The notes under the pieces: generated by a model | What the model saw: the letters and a program-made list of their open reading frames with translations, nothing else | What the model was told of the DNA's origin: nothing | Database searches by the model: none | NCBI GenBank assembly: GCA_951406725.2 | Contig: OX597818.1 | Span: 61,628,001-61,692,000, forward strand | Reading direction: 5' to 3' | From: Octopus vulgaris | Lineage: Eukaryota | Length of the DNA: 64,000 bases | Shown: positions 51,191 to 64,000 of the stretch, one piece after another | Numbering within the stretch: position 1 is the stretch's first letter | Layout of the letters: each line of letters opens with the position of its first letter | Translations under genes and position numbers: made by a program

Positions 51191-52596
51191 AAACAAAAAT
51201 AGGAATTTGTGTGAAAAACAAAATAGGAATTTGGAAAGTTTCTATAAAACCAGTTTTGAAACATTGAATGATTATGGGGATCCACCAGAATAAAATAGTA
51301 ATGAAATGGGGCCATAAGAAATGATTGAGAGCCCTGGATCTAACCATTAGGCCATGCACCTTCACTGTGTAAAGTAACAGTGGGTACATAAATTAAGACA
51401 CACACACACAGACATTAATGCACACCTGAAGCCTATCTCTGCCTTTAGATGTGTGTGTGTGTGTCAGTTGTCACAAAAATTTATGTATACTGACAGACAC
51501 ATACACTGTCCAACACATATACCTGTCAGTAGGTAACAAACATGCGATCACACTCATATAGAAAATGTGATGTCATCGCTGTTGTGGTGGTGATATAAAA
51601 TGTTGTTTACGATAGGTGAATAAAAGAAAACTGATCATGTTAAAATTTTGTAATGCAAATATTTGAATGAAAATATAGTTTAGTTGGTAGCCAAAAGGTT
51701 ACTGAATCATTTGATATTTCTTATGTGAAAATTGGCAACTTGGTTTTGAAATGCATAAGAAACCTATGCGCGCACACACACATAAACACACACAAATACA
51801 AACTCTCTTTTATAGATAATGATAGATAGATAAACAGTGGTTGGTGAATTTCTCCAGACATGCTTTATGTTGGAGAGAGAGAGACAGAGAAAGAGAGAGA
51901 GAGTTAACAGAGGAGGAGCAGGAAGAGTGTGCATACAAAGCCAGTAGCAGAAGGAGAAGAAGTAAATAACAGAATAGTCTATAAAAGGTGTAAAACAAAT
52001 GAAAAATTTGTTTTATTTAATTATTTGCAAATTTCTATTCATTTAATCATTTTCATTAAGCACCAAGAAATTTTATAAAATTTAAATTATAATTATGATA
52101 TATATAGAATATTTCCTGATGCTATCAATAATGGCAAAAGTATAGTTCCAAAGTTATCCATCATATGATGAGTAACACACAGAGTATTTACATATATATT
52201 CATTAATCTTAGATTTAAACAAAGATACAGGCTTATCTTTTTGTATCATATTCATGTGTGTGTGTGTATTATATATATACACACACGCACGCACACGCAC
52301 ATACAGAATGGTCTTCATTCCTTTTCCACCCATCAAATCCCTGATAAGGCTTTGGCTAAGCTGGAGCTGTAATAGGAGAAACTTGCCCAAGATGTGAAGC
52401 TGTGAGAAAGAAACTGCAAATGTGGATGGGAAGCAAACGTCAGAACCATACATCTACATATGTGCATACACACACTCACACACACACACACACACACAAA
52501 TGCATACACACACACATGCACTCAGAGGAAATACATACAAGAAGAGAAGACTAAGTATGTCTTATATCTGTTTTCTCTTGTAGTATAAAACTCTGC

Positions 52597-52921
52597 GTGA
52601 AGGCCCGTGGCTTAGTGGTTAGGGGCATTCAGCTCATAATTGTAAGGTCATGAGTTCAATTCCCAGCAACACATTGTGTCTTTGAGCAAGACACTTTATT
52701 TCACGTTGCTCCAGTCCACTCAGCTGGCAAAAATGAGTAGTACTTGTATTTCAAAGGGCTGGCATTGTTACATTCTGTGTCTTGTTGAATCTCCCTAAGA
52801 ACTACATTAAGGGTACACGTGTCTGTGGAGTGCTCAGCCTCTTGCATGTTAATTTCACAAGCAAGCTGCTCCATTGATTGTATCTGCTGGGACCCTCGTT
52901 ATTGTAACCGATGGAGTGCTC
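52597..52921 (+). mobile_element. SINE family E
   Basis: A box tggcttagtggttag, B box gagttcaattcc, core ttgagcaagacactttatttcacgttgctccagtccactcagctg. Confidence 0.82.
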
Positions 52922-53107
52922 CTATAAAATTTTGCATCAAGTTGGGTCTCTCTTTCTGCAAGAAAGTAACTAACTTGTTCAATGAAAAATTATGTATAGC
53001 GATTCAATATAGTCATTTAAAACCCCTAAAGGTGGTGCTCCAGCATGGTTGCAGTCCAATGACTGAAACCATTGAAACAATAGACAACTACATGGAGCAA
53101 CCGAAAT

Positions 53108-53248
53108 TATTTGCCTTTCATCCTTTCGGGGTCGTTAAATTAAGTACCAGTTATGCACTGGGGTCGATGTTATCGACTTAATCCCTTTGTCTGTCCTTGT
53201 TTGTCCTCTCTGTGTTTAGCCCCTTGTGGGTAATAAAGAAATAGGTAT
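53108..53248 (+). mobile_element. SINE family B, 3' part
   Basis: ttgcctttcatcctttcggggtcg...aaagaaataggtat. Confidence 0.82.
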
Positions 53249-53644
53249 AGGAAAGATAAATTTCCTGCTTATGCATTCATTTCCTTCAAACATCTCCCAA
53301 GAATACAGAATGGGAACTTTCAAAGAACAAATATTTTCTGACCAATCAAAACGAAACAAAACCGAACAGAAGAATGGTTTCCTTAGTTTAATGCTTTGAT
53401 ATGTAACATACTATCAGGAATACTAACAGCTTATTACAATGATTAAATGTAGAATAAAAGATATATGACCACCTCTCTATACCCACCTCTCGTGCATATT
53501 TTATATGTACACTCACACACACACATAATATCTTTGTAGTATATACACTCACAAATTTTCTTAATTCTCTCTTAAATATAGCTTTCTAGTTTTATATATA
53601 TATCATATACACCCACTGGTTTTCTTAATTCTCTCTAAAACATT

Positions 53645-53768
53645 CAACATACATACATGCATATATACATACATATATAAATATACATATATACACACAT
53701 ACATATATACATATACATATATATACATATATATATACACACACACATATACATATATATACACACAT

Positions 53769-53809
<41 letters not shown>

Positions 53810-54190
53810 TATACACACATACACATATATATGCATATATATATATATAATATATATACACATATATATATATATATATACATATATATACACATACATA
53901 TATACATACACATATACATACATATATATACACATATACATATATATACATATACATGTATATATATATACATATACACAAGTACATATATATATACATA
54001 TACATATATATATACATATACACATATACATATACACATATACATATATATATACATATACGCATATACATATACACATAAACATATATATATATACATA
54101 CATATACATATATACATATATATATACCTATACATATATACACATACACACACACACACACACATGCACACACACACACATATATATATA
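53645..54190. repeat. (TA)/(CA) compound microsatellite
   Basis: Seen directly. Confidence 0.97.
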
Positions 54191-56669
54191 ATGTGTGCAT
54201 GCATACACCCACATTCGATTTTATAAGATTAAAAGGCAGGACATGTAACATTGAGGAAGCAAATTGAATCTGAGAATTGATTCAATCTGAGAGAAAATGT
54301 AATTGATTTTCAATAAACATGCATACTAATTACTGTTTTGTTAATTAGCACCTTCAGGTAGGTAGTCTCTAAATTTGCACACATACATACATATCAGATC
54401 CGCCCCAATTTATACTTGTTTTTGTTTTCTTCATAATTTTTGATGAAACATAACGCAGTGTCTTCTTCCATAGATATATAATCTGATTATTTGAAAAATT
54501 GTTCATTTTTGAAGAGTTTTTCAGCAGAAAACTTTCCACTTAACACAGGAATTCTTTACAGAAGCATTGATCAAATGGTGCTGCTAAACAATTCCATGAA
54601 CAAAATAGAAATATTACATGTTGCTTCAGTTTTATTGTATTTTTGAAATTTGTGAAAACTCGTTTCTTTTTGAAAATATTTCCTCATTGTTATGAACACA
54701 ATATAAATCTGCATCTTGCTCTCAATTTGACCTGAACTATTTTTCTCAAAGGGATTTACCTCTGTAAATAGAATCTGTTTGAATATTTTTCTCTAGTTGC
54801 GATACCTGCAACTCTGTCCCTTTAATTCTATTCCAATCTCTCCCTTTCTCCCTAAATCCTCTTCCTGCTCATTGCACCCAATCTAAAGTCTATTGGTAAA
54901 ATTTGTGAACTCAACAACTATTCCAGAAGCATCTTAGGATTCTTGTGATGTCCATCATCATCACCATCACTATCATCACCATTACCATCATCATCATCAC
55001 CCTCCTCCTCCTCATTATTTTAACATCTGTTTTTCCATGCTGGCATGGGTTGGATGGTTTCACCAGAGCTTGCAAACCAGAGAGCGGCACGAGACACCAA
55101 CTATCTGTTTGGCATGGTTTGTATGAGTGGATGCCCTTCTTGGCAACAGCATGGGTGCTCTTTACATGACACCAGCTCAAGTGCTTTTTATGGGGCACCA
55201 AAGGGGCTTCCTATGTGGCACCAGCACAAATGCTTTTTACCTGGTGTTGGCACACATATCTACAGCTACAGTAAAACCTGCAAGTTTATAAAAGTCTGGT
55301 TATGCCAAAAGGCAAATGACTAGCACAAGACAGAAAGGGGCTGATTCTTGTAATGAGTTCTTGTGACAGCATCACTTGGGTTTAGGTGAGCCAGTTCCAA
55401 CCATTGAATTCACATTAGCTGGATACTCCCTGTGATCGCAGCAGCTGTCACAAGGATGACCAAACAGTTGTGACCCCAAAAGTTGACTCTGTATATGCAA
55501 GGATCATGCACTAATCCATGTTATCAGCTGTGTTCTTCACTGGAACCATAGAAAAACCATTAATTGTATTATCGTCAGAGTTTGTCTCATTCGTTTCCAA
55601 CTTTATTCAGAGATTCTAAAAACATTTTTGAAACCAGAAATAAAATCACTCTTTTTTTTCATTCAATTTAATTTCTATGAAAAATAGAAATCTATTATAT
55701 AAGTTATATATTGTTATATTATTTCATTAATCATGTTTCAGGTTTTGAATTAAATTTGATCATTTTTGTTTTGTTATAATTACTATGCTTTTCATGCAAT
55801 TAGATATTCTATATTTATTTGAGATTGTAAGAATTATCAACCTAATATTTTATCTCCCCACAGTAAGGGTCATTGGTACGACTATATCATTGATGAGTTC
55901 ATCCTATGGGCAGCAGAATGCACAACGAAACCAACGGAGGGGCTTTGTGATCAGGGAATCAATCTGGTAACATTGATGATCTTCCGAGTTTCACACAAAA
56001 TAGTCAAATGCTTCCATCTAACAACAGTAGTCTACCATTCTCATAGGTCGTATCTCACAGCTGTGTAACAAGATGGAGCAAAGAAAGTGTTCAATAGATG
56101 CAAATTTTTATGGCCAATTGGATTTCCATGTAGACCAAAGCTAAATCTCATTTATGAAGATAATCTGTCTACTGTATGGGGCCATGAAACCTTCTATAAT
56201 TCATTTATATTTTGAGGCTTCAGACACTGATATTTTAAAGACAGTTGTCTAGACTTTGGGTGTGATTAGGAGATTAAAATTATCAGTAAATATTCAGACT
56301 AGATTTCTAGTTTGAAGACAATGCAATCTTTTGAAGCACTGTTTCTGTCTACATAGTCTCTATGAGCAAACAAGGAAACCTCTATGCGCTAAAGCTTGCT
56401 CTCCAAGAAATAGCAGCATAAACTCTCTCAGTTCATAGCCCACTGTCTTAAAAGAAATGATTGAAGAGATTATGTAATCTTGGATGTTCTGCATCTTAAT
56501 AAGAAAGAAAAACAAAACAAGGAATGGGATGCTGATTGGCAATGTCTGTTTGATCAGAGATGAGTTGAGGCTAAACAATTCATCCTTTATAATGCTTCTG
56601 ATTTTTAGATGCTATGTGGAGTCTGATTATCAGATAGAACAGGGACCAAAACCCATCCAAAAATCTTAA

Positions 56670-56858
56670 ACCTTTGGCATTCAGATTGCTTCGTCAATTG
56701 TAAGGGTTATTTATTCACATTGTTTTAAATTTATCAGACATTATCTTGTAACTTCAAGATTTTAGTGACATGATTGTCTATTTTCAGAATGCCATTGTAG
56801 GGTAGGTGTGAAAAGCCAGATATTGGGGCCAGATATCAACAGTTTAAATATAAAAGGG
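56670..56858. mobile_element. piggyBac-type MITE, 12095 family
   Basis: TTAA flanks; interior colinear with 12095-12315. Confidence 0.75.
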
Positions 56859-57413
56859 TTAAGACAACAGTCCTGTCAGGTGAAACAATCCCATATGGCC
56901 TTTTGTTACATTTTGTGACAAGGACCCTAAAATAGTACCCAACTGAATCACTCACAGAAAATGTCATTATCGTTTATAACCTCTCATGAGACCATCGTTC
57001 CTCTCATGAGACCATCGTTCCTCTCATGCTCCGACAGACATCCTGGTAAAACAATAAAAAAATAAAACTAAAAACTTATTTTCAATATATATATGTATCT
57101 TGAAGAATTAATTCTAATAAACTGGAATGATTCCAGCTTCCTTTGCCTTGCCCTTATTTACCATTTCTTTTGGTATGTAAATATATATATATATATGTGT
57201 GTCTAACGGAGTTACTGGCACTATATACTTAAAATCCAATTAACAGGAGATTAAGAAACACTGAAATAAAATATTAGGTTGATAATCTGAACAATTTCAA
57301 GTAATCACGACAGACATAATTACAAGGAAAGCTTCATTATTATAACAAACAAAAATCGTCAAATTTAATTAAAAACTTGATACATAATTAATGAAGTTAT
57401 ATCATGCATACAT

Positions 57414-57447
<34 letters not shown>

Positions 57448-58253
57448 TCATTCATACATACATACATACATACATACATACATACATACATACATACATA
57501 CATACATACATAATGTACGTACGTACGTACGTATGTACGAATGTACGTACATGTGTGTGTGTGTATGTATGTGTTTGGTTTTATCTTCTACAACAAATTC
57601 AATCATTTTTAAAAAAAACTTGAGTTATTAGAATTTTATTATTATTGTTATTTTTTTTTCCATAGAAATTAAACTGAATGAAGAAATGAATGATTTTATG
57701 ATTGGCTTCCAAAATGTTCTAAGAATTTCAAACAATGGTTGAATATTTTCTGACTAAAATTGGAAGCAAACTAGATAAAATATCTAAGAAACACTGAAGA
57801 TAAGACTATTATTTTGTTTCTCTATGATATTTAAATTTTGAAGAGAATACCGAGAGAGACAGACAGACAGAGAGGGAAAGAATGAGAAAGAGAGAAACAA
57901 ACAGAGAGAGAGGGAGATGGAAAGTGAGAATATATACAATGTGTGTATATGTGTTTGCTTCAGTTGTGTGTGCATGCAAGTGTGTAAAATTTGGAACTAA
58001 TTTCAATCAATGATTAAAGATGCTGAAATAATTGTTATGTCTGAAGCAGCAGGTAAAAACAGCTAATAGCTGTTCGAGCAATCTGAGACGAAATATTGAA
58101 AAAAAAAAAAGTGTTGATTTTTGTTCCCTTCTAGAAACCAGCTTGTTGTGAGAAAGTGACAGATTAAAACGGTGCCAATCAGATAGGGTAGGGGGTAGAG
58201 TGGTATGCAACCAACGAAGATCATATATATACACATATATATATATATATATA

Positions 58254-58652
58254 TCTTTATATATAAAAGTGAAGTTGTGTGTCTGTATCCTACGATTTAG
58301 ATTCCTAACTACTCCCACATTTTGCGGTGCAGTGTAACCAAAAGCGGGTATCTTATAGTCGTCATTCATATCGAGCCCTTCTGGGTATTAGCGCGTGTCT
58401 ACGATGAGTCTACGATTTTAAAAATAATTTACCATCATTTTTTTCCATTTTGATGCATTTTTTTCGCTATTATATAAGGGAAGTAACTCTCTAAAAATGT
58501 CTATGATGATTAAACTATTTAAAAAAAAATTTACCATCATTTTTTTTCCATTTTTAATGCATTTTTTTGCTATTTTTTGGCTATAACTCTATAAAAATGC
58601 TTATATAGTTATTTCCCTTGCAAACCCGAGCAACGTCGGGCGATACTGCTAG
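58254..58652 (+). mobile_element. Non-autonomous Helitron
   Basis: A|TCtttatatataaaagtgaagttg...cccgagcaacgtcggg hairpin cgatactgCTAG|T; internal ~100-bp duplication. Confidence 0.9.
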
Positions 58653-58942
58653 TATATATATGAATTATCTTATTTAAGAGTGAGATAAAAATTGTCTTCA
58701 CAAAAATCTGAAAATAGTTTCAGAAGAATAAAACAGAAAAAATTTACTGACTGAAGATTACACACAGATCTATATACATATGTATATATATACTTGCACA
58801 CACACACGTTTGTATATATATAAACACACATATATACACTTACAATATATGTGAGTGTATATGTATACAGACACATGGGGACACACAGTATACACTCATA
58901 AGTAAGTAAGTATTTTCTTTTACTCAAAACCCAAAGAACTCT

Positions 58943-59336
58943 CTCTTTTACTCTTTTACTTGTTTCAGTCGTTTTGACTGCGGCCATGCTGGAGCACCGC
59001 CTTTAATCGAGCAACTCGACCCCGGGACTTATTCTTTTGTAAGCCCAGTACTTATTCTATCGGTCTCTTTTTGCCGAACCGCTAAGTAACGGGGACGTAA
59101 ACACACCAGCATCGGTTGTCAAGCAATGTTGGGGGGACAAACACAGACACACAAACATACACACATATACATATATACGACAGGCTTCTTTCAGTTTCCA
59201 TCTACCAAATCCACTCACAAGGCATTGGTCGGCCCGGGGCTATAGCAGAAGACACTTGCCCAAGATGCCACGCAGTGGGACTGAACCCGGAACCATGTGG
59301 TTGGTTAGCAAGCTACTTACCACACAGCCACTCCTC
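58943..59336 (-). mobile_element. SINE family A, young copy
   Basis: Near-identical to 8808-9209. Confidence 0.92.
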
Positions 59337-60696
59337 TTACAACTTACCTCCAAGACAATGTCTGGGGCTTGAAATACACAAATACTACCTAAAAGCTGAC
59401 CAATATATTGTGCAGTTTGGTCCAAGTTACAATAGGTACATCAAATTGATTGCTATTCAATATGGTTTGATCGTGTCAGAAATCATTATGAAAATGGTAA
59501 ACAGATACAAGTTAATGACACCCTGTTTCAGCAGGATTTGGTTCTGCTACAAAAGAAAAGCACTTGAGACAACATTTAATCATGACAATTATCATCAGGA
59601 TCCTCATCTACAAATAATATCCATTTTCCATTCTGGCATGGGCTGGATGGTTTGACAGGAGCTGCTAAGCCAAAGGACTGCACCAGGATCCAGTTGTCTG
59701 TTTTGGCCTGGTTTTTTTATGACTGGATGCCCTTCCTAATGCCAACCACTTTACAAAGTGTACTGGGTGCTTTTCATGTGGGGCCAACACAAGTACTTTC
59801 TACATGGTGCAAGCAGGAACAGTCTCTTGAATTATATATACATGTGTTGCTCAAATGTGAAAGACAAAATAAATCGTTACACACTTCCATGGTATTGAGT
59901 ACTTTTTTTCTCCTGTTTCATTCAGAGGAAATGATACATAAGATTGAGAAAAATAAAAATAAAATAAACTCAAATATATTTCTTGTTGCAGAGTATGTTA
60001 GCCAAGGTTACTTTTACATTCATAACCACTTAGTTCTTCAAAACTAGTACAAAAGTACTTACTTTTAGAATTTTTCAAAACAAAAATTTGTAAGCAAAAA
60101 AATATAAAAATTCAATATAACTAAAAGAACTATATTTCCTATAATATTAGTCAATATAGCGCTGACTCAATAAATAGCATTACCGAATCTTTTAACACCT
60201 GGCTAGTCAAGTATGAGAAAAAATAATAACACAAAGCAACAGACTGGGTTTTTATTTATAATTTTTAAAACCTAGATATGATGCCTTTGTTATTCGGTTT
60301 CATGGAAGTCTTGTAAAAATGGACACTTCACAAAGTAATGAAGAATATACTAATGTGAAGAATATACTAATGTATATAGTCTGTGGAACTGGCATCACAC
60401 AATGAATAAATGCTTTCTGTTAGTTTTGTTAAAAGTACATGAGATTTAGTGTATGGTAAAAGTTGTTAGGGATAACATGGTAGTCAAGTCCTTTGGCTCT
60501 AATGTACAGAGGAAGGGGGGGGGGATAGGGAAATGTGGAGAGAGTGAGGGGTGGGGGTAAGAGAGAAAGATGGTGAGAGGAAGGGAGAGGCAGAGATAAT
60601 GATGGGAAGAAAGACAAGAGATAAGGAAACAGACAGCAGACAAGAGAGGATGAATGGAAGAAAATGAGACTGAGTGATTGATGTAGATAAAGAGAG

Positions 60697-60739
<43 letters not shown>

Positions 60740-60829
60740 TGATCAGAGTGAGAGAGAGGTGAATAATGAGAGAGGGGAAAGAGAGGCAGAAATGTATGAG
60801 AGGAAGAGATACAAAGAAACAGTAGTGAG

Positions 60830-61007
60830 TGAGAAAGAAAGAAAGAAGGAAAGACAGAAAGAAAGAAAGAAAGGAAGGAAAGAAAGAAGAAAGGAAAGAA
60901 AAAAAGAAGGAAAGAAAGAAAGAAGGAAGGAAAGAAGGAAGGAAAGAAAGAAAGGAAGAAAGAAGGAAGGAAAGAAAGAAAGAAGGAAGGAAAGAAAGAA
61001 AGAAGGA

Positions 61008-61059
<52 letters not shown>

Positions 61060-61205
61060 AGGAAAGAAAGAAAGACAGAAAGAAAGAAGGAAGGAAAGAA
61101 AGAAGGAAGGAAAGAAGAAAGAAAGAAAGAAAGAAGGAAAGAAAGAAAGAAGGAAGGAAAGAAAGAAGGAAGAAAGAAGGAAGGAAAGAAAGAAAGAAAG
61201 GAAGA
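60830..61205. repeat. (GAAA)n/(GGAA)n polypurine tract
   Basis: Seen directly; source of the KER-rich and FLS-rich ORFs. Confidence 0.98.
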
Positions 61206-61979
61206 AAGCTTTCACAAAGGATGCTTTATCATACTGCAAGATCTAGAAATAAACAAAAATGTTCTTTTTATCTATGTTAAAGAACCAAACGGATTATTTA
61301 GTCTCTCAGTTATTAAAGTAACAGAGAAAAATTTAAAAACAGATGAAACGAAAAACAAAAAACAAAAAAAAAAACAACAAAAATAAAAACAGAATTTTTT
61401 GAAAAAAAAAAAAAAAGAAATTGATAATAATAATAATAATTATAATACAACATTCAGACTTTATACTGCTTAAGAAGATTATTGTCAGAATTTGAAGATG
61501 GTAGTACCTTATTCCCATTAAAACTATAGCTAAAACGAAATAATCCAATGATTTGTTAAGTAGTCAGGCAAATGCCTACCATTGATTTCAAGAGAGAAAT
61601 CATTTAATTATTCCACAGGAAATGCAACTTGTCCACTGAACAAGAAAATCATAAGTGATGGTGGCAGTGGTGGTGGTGGTGGTGGTGGTGGTGGTGGTGT
61701 TGAGACTGGGGCGGGAGTAAATACATATTTTTCCAAACTTATGGCTAAATACTTGATAGGAAATTATTAATAAATAAATACATCCATCCATACATCCATC
61801 CATCCATCCATACATACATACATACATGTATGCATATTTTTTTCCCCCTCCATCAAAATACATTTGAATATTAGAAAAAAACATTATCAAAACTAGAAAT
61901 GTATATATTTGTAAACACGCGCATGTATATGCATACATAAATATACACAAACATACATATATATATATATATATATATA

Positions 61980-62160
61980 CATATATTCACATACAATCAT
62001 ACACACACATATATATATATAAACATACAATCATACACACACATATATATATATATACAATCATACACATATATATATATATATACAATCATACACACAT
62101 ATATATATATATAAACATACAATCATACACACATATATATATATATATATATACAATCAT

Positions 62161-62197
<37 letters not shown>

Positions 62198-62237
62198 TTC
62201 ACATACAATCATATATATACATATATTCACACACAAT

Positions 62238-62287
<50 letters not shown>

Positions 62288-62360
62288 TATATATTCACAT
62301 GCAATCATACACACACACATATATATACATATATATACACACATATATTCACACACACAT
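61980..62360. repeat. Minisatellite atacaatcatacac + (AT)n
   Basis: Seen directly, about 10 copies. Confidence 0.9.
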
Positions 62361-63084
62361 CATCATATGTAAATATGTATACATAAATACAAATGTATAT
62401 ATTTCTTTAATGGGTTAGTTGTTTACAGATTATGTTTCGATTCGGTTGTGACCATGTTCCATTCCTGTGAACTGAAACGGAATATATCCCGTAAATAAGT
62501 AACCTATTAGAAAATATAAAAACACCATTCCCTGAGGTATTGAGTACTTTTATCCATTTATTTATTTGTACCTGGAAGCTATGTCTACAAAAACAAAATA
62601 CAAGATTATATAAGAGAGATAGAGAGAGAGAGAGTGAGTAAGAGGGAGTGAGTGAGTGAGAGAGAAAAAGATGGTTACAAGTGGAACATATTTTACCATA
62701 AGTCTGATGTTGTTTAAGCCTGGCATCAGTCTAAATAACATCTACTTCAGTGCATTGGTTATACAACAGCTATGCTTATATAAAGCAACCATAATGTCTA
62801 ACTTGAAATCGCATCCGACCATTTTCAAAAATAAGACACTATACAGTTTATGAGACATTAAGTTTGAATAAAAGAGAAAACTGTTTCATGGTCAGAATAT
62901 TGTTTTTTTTTTTTTTCAATACTTTGGTCTGGAGGAAGGAGATGTGTTCAGGAACTTGTTTGAGATTGGTGAAGTCTATCACTGTTCCTCTTGGACAATT
63001 GCAAGTTAATGGCAGCAGGAAAAAACATTGGCACGAAAAGATAAACAGAAAGAATTCTGGTGGGGGTGAATTCGGGGAGGATTA

Positions 63085-63350
63085 CAGGGTGTAGTAGTTA
63101 GTGCAAAGATTTGAGTGTTGCACCGATAATCACGAGATCATGGTTTCAATTCCTGGACTAGGCGTGTGTTGTGTTCTTGAGCAAAATGCTTCATTTTGCG
63201 ATGCTCCTGTTCATACAATTATAAATGAGTTACCCTCATTCAAGGTGAATGATTTGAGCTTGACATCCCATTCAAGGTGAGTGATTTGAGTTTGGTCACT
63301 TATATGCCATGGAATTGGACAAGTGGCTCTATGAGCCCTATGACTCGAGA
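63085..63350 (+). mobile_element. SINE family E-like, old copy
   Basis: ggtttcaattcctggac...gtgttcttgagcaaaatgcttcatttt. Confidence 0.6.
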
Positions 63351-63379
63351 CAGTAAATTCTAGGGTGAATTACTTTACT

Positions 63380-63990
63380 GACTGGGCATAGGAGATAGTA
63401 GAGGCCCTATTAGAGAAAGTTGAGGGAACTTAGTGGTTATGGGGAAGAGAAACAGTTGAGTCAGGAATGCATGCATGAATATAAGATGAGACTAGAATGC
63501 TCCAGGAATTAGAGGCCATATCAGTAAGAGTAGAAAAGGTGAGTGCAAAGACAGGGTAGCTGTGGGTCAGACATGAGAGAGTGGAGGTAAGATTTTATGT
63601 ACTGGGAAAAGAGATTGGTTTTTCTTCTATTCTTTTACTTGTTTCAGTCATTTGACTGTGGCCATGCTGGAGCACCGCCTTTAGTCAAACAAATTGACCC
63701 CAGAGCTTATTCTTTGTAAGCCTAGTACTTATTCTATCAGTCACTTTTGCCAAACTGCTAAGTTAGTAAGAATTTTTGTAGATTTCTGCCTAGATTGTGT
63801 AATTTCAAAACTGTTTTAAATGCGAGACCTGTATAATATTGTGGATCTCACTTGGGTTTTCATAAAAGGTTAGTAGTTGTTGGGGGATGAAGTATATTCT
63901 GGCCCCTGAAGAGGTCACTCAGTGTTTGCTATATTGAGGATGGGAGACCGAGAGAAACATTGTCATGATGAAACCTTGATTTTGCAGTTA
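63380..63990 (-). mobile_element. CR1/L2-group LINE 3' relic interrupted by a SINE A fragment (63628-63765)
   Basis: Frameshifted minus-strand peptides LFRARIYFIPQQLLTFYE/TQVRSTILYRSRI and LFYSY*YGL*FLEHSSL resemble post-RT motifs LFRARxYFxPxQLLxLYKxQVRPxMEYCSHIW and LFYRYYxGxCSxEL. Confidence 0.7.
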
Positions 63991-64000
63991 TTTTGAGGAT

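Noticed and set aside
60499-61386. KER-rich and FLS-rich ORFs
   Set aside because: (GAAA)n tract
63903-63960. CTGAAGA-ggtc...gacc-GAGA hammerhead-like pattern
   Set aside because: GAAA box is broken and the sequence is explained as the antisense of LINE coding sequence (LFRAR)

Overview
AT-rich, repeat-dense eukaryotic DNA. The tRNA-derived SINE families, long (TA)n/(CA)n/(GA)n/(ATT)n tracts and transposon relics are typical of an Octopus (coleoid cephalopod) genome; this is recognised from memory, not from a database search. No intact host protein-coding gene can be supported, and nearly all listed ORFs are microsatellite or SINE artefacts. Protein-coding signal is limited to transposon relics: a Penelope-like GIY-YIG endonuclease (43450-43839), an RTE LINE 3' end, a CR1/L2-group LINE 3' end and a mariner transposase N-terminus. 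The most interesting signal is a set of six minimal type-I hammerhead-ribozyme-like motifs in Penelope-type repeats. One pair belongs to a tRNA-headed non-coding element with Penelope insertion geometry (inverted 5' copy, 36-nt 3' tail, TSD), a candidate PLE-mobilised ribozyme SINE or retrozyme. Also notable are a 91-bp near-perfect palindrome, TTAGGG-cored foldback MITEs, a TSD-flanked SINE trimer, a ~60-bp TSD, two Helitrons with shared termini, and a CpG-retaining ~18.4-29.6 kb interval with promoter-like motifs. Repeat boundaries were read by eye and are approximate; family letters A-E are my own labels.
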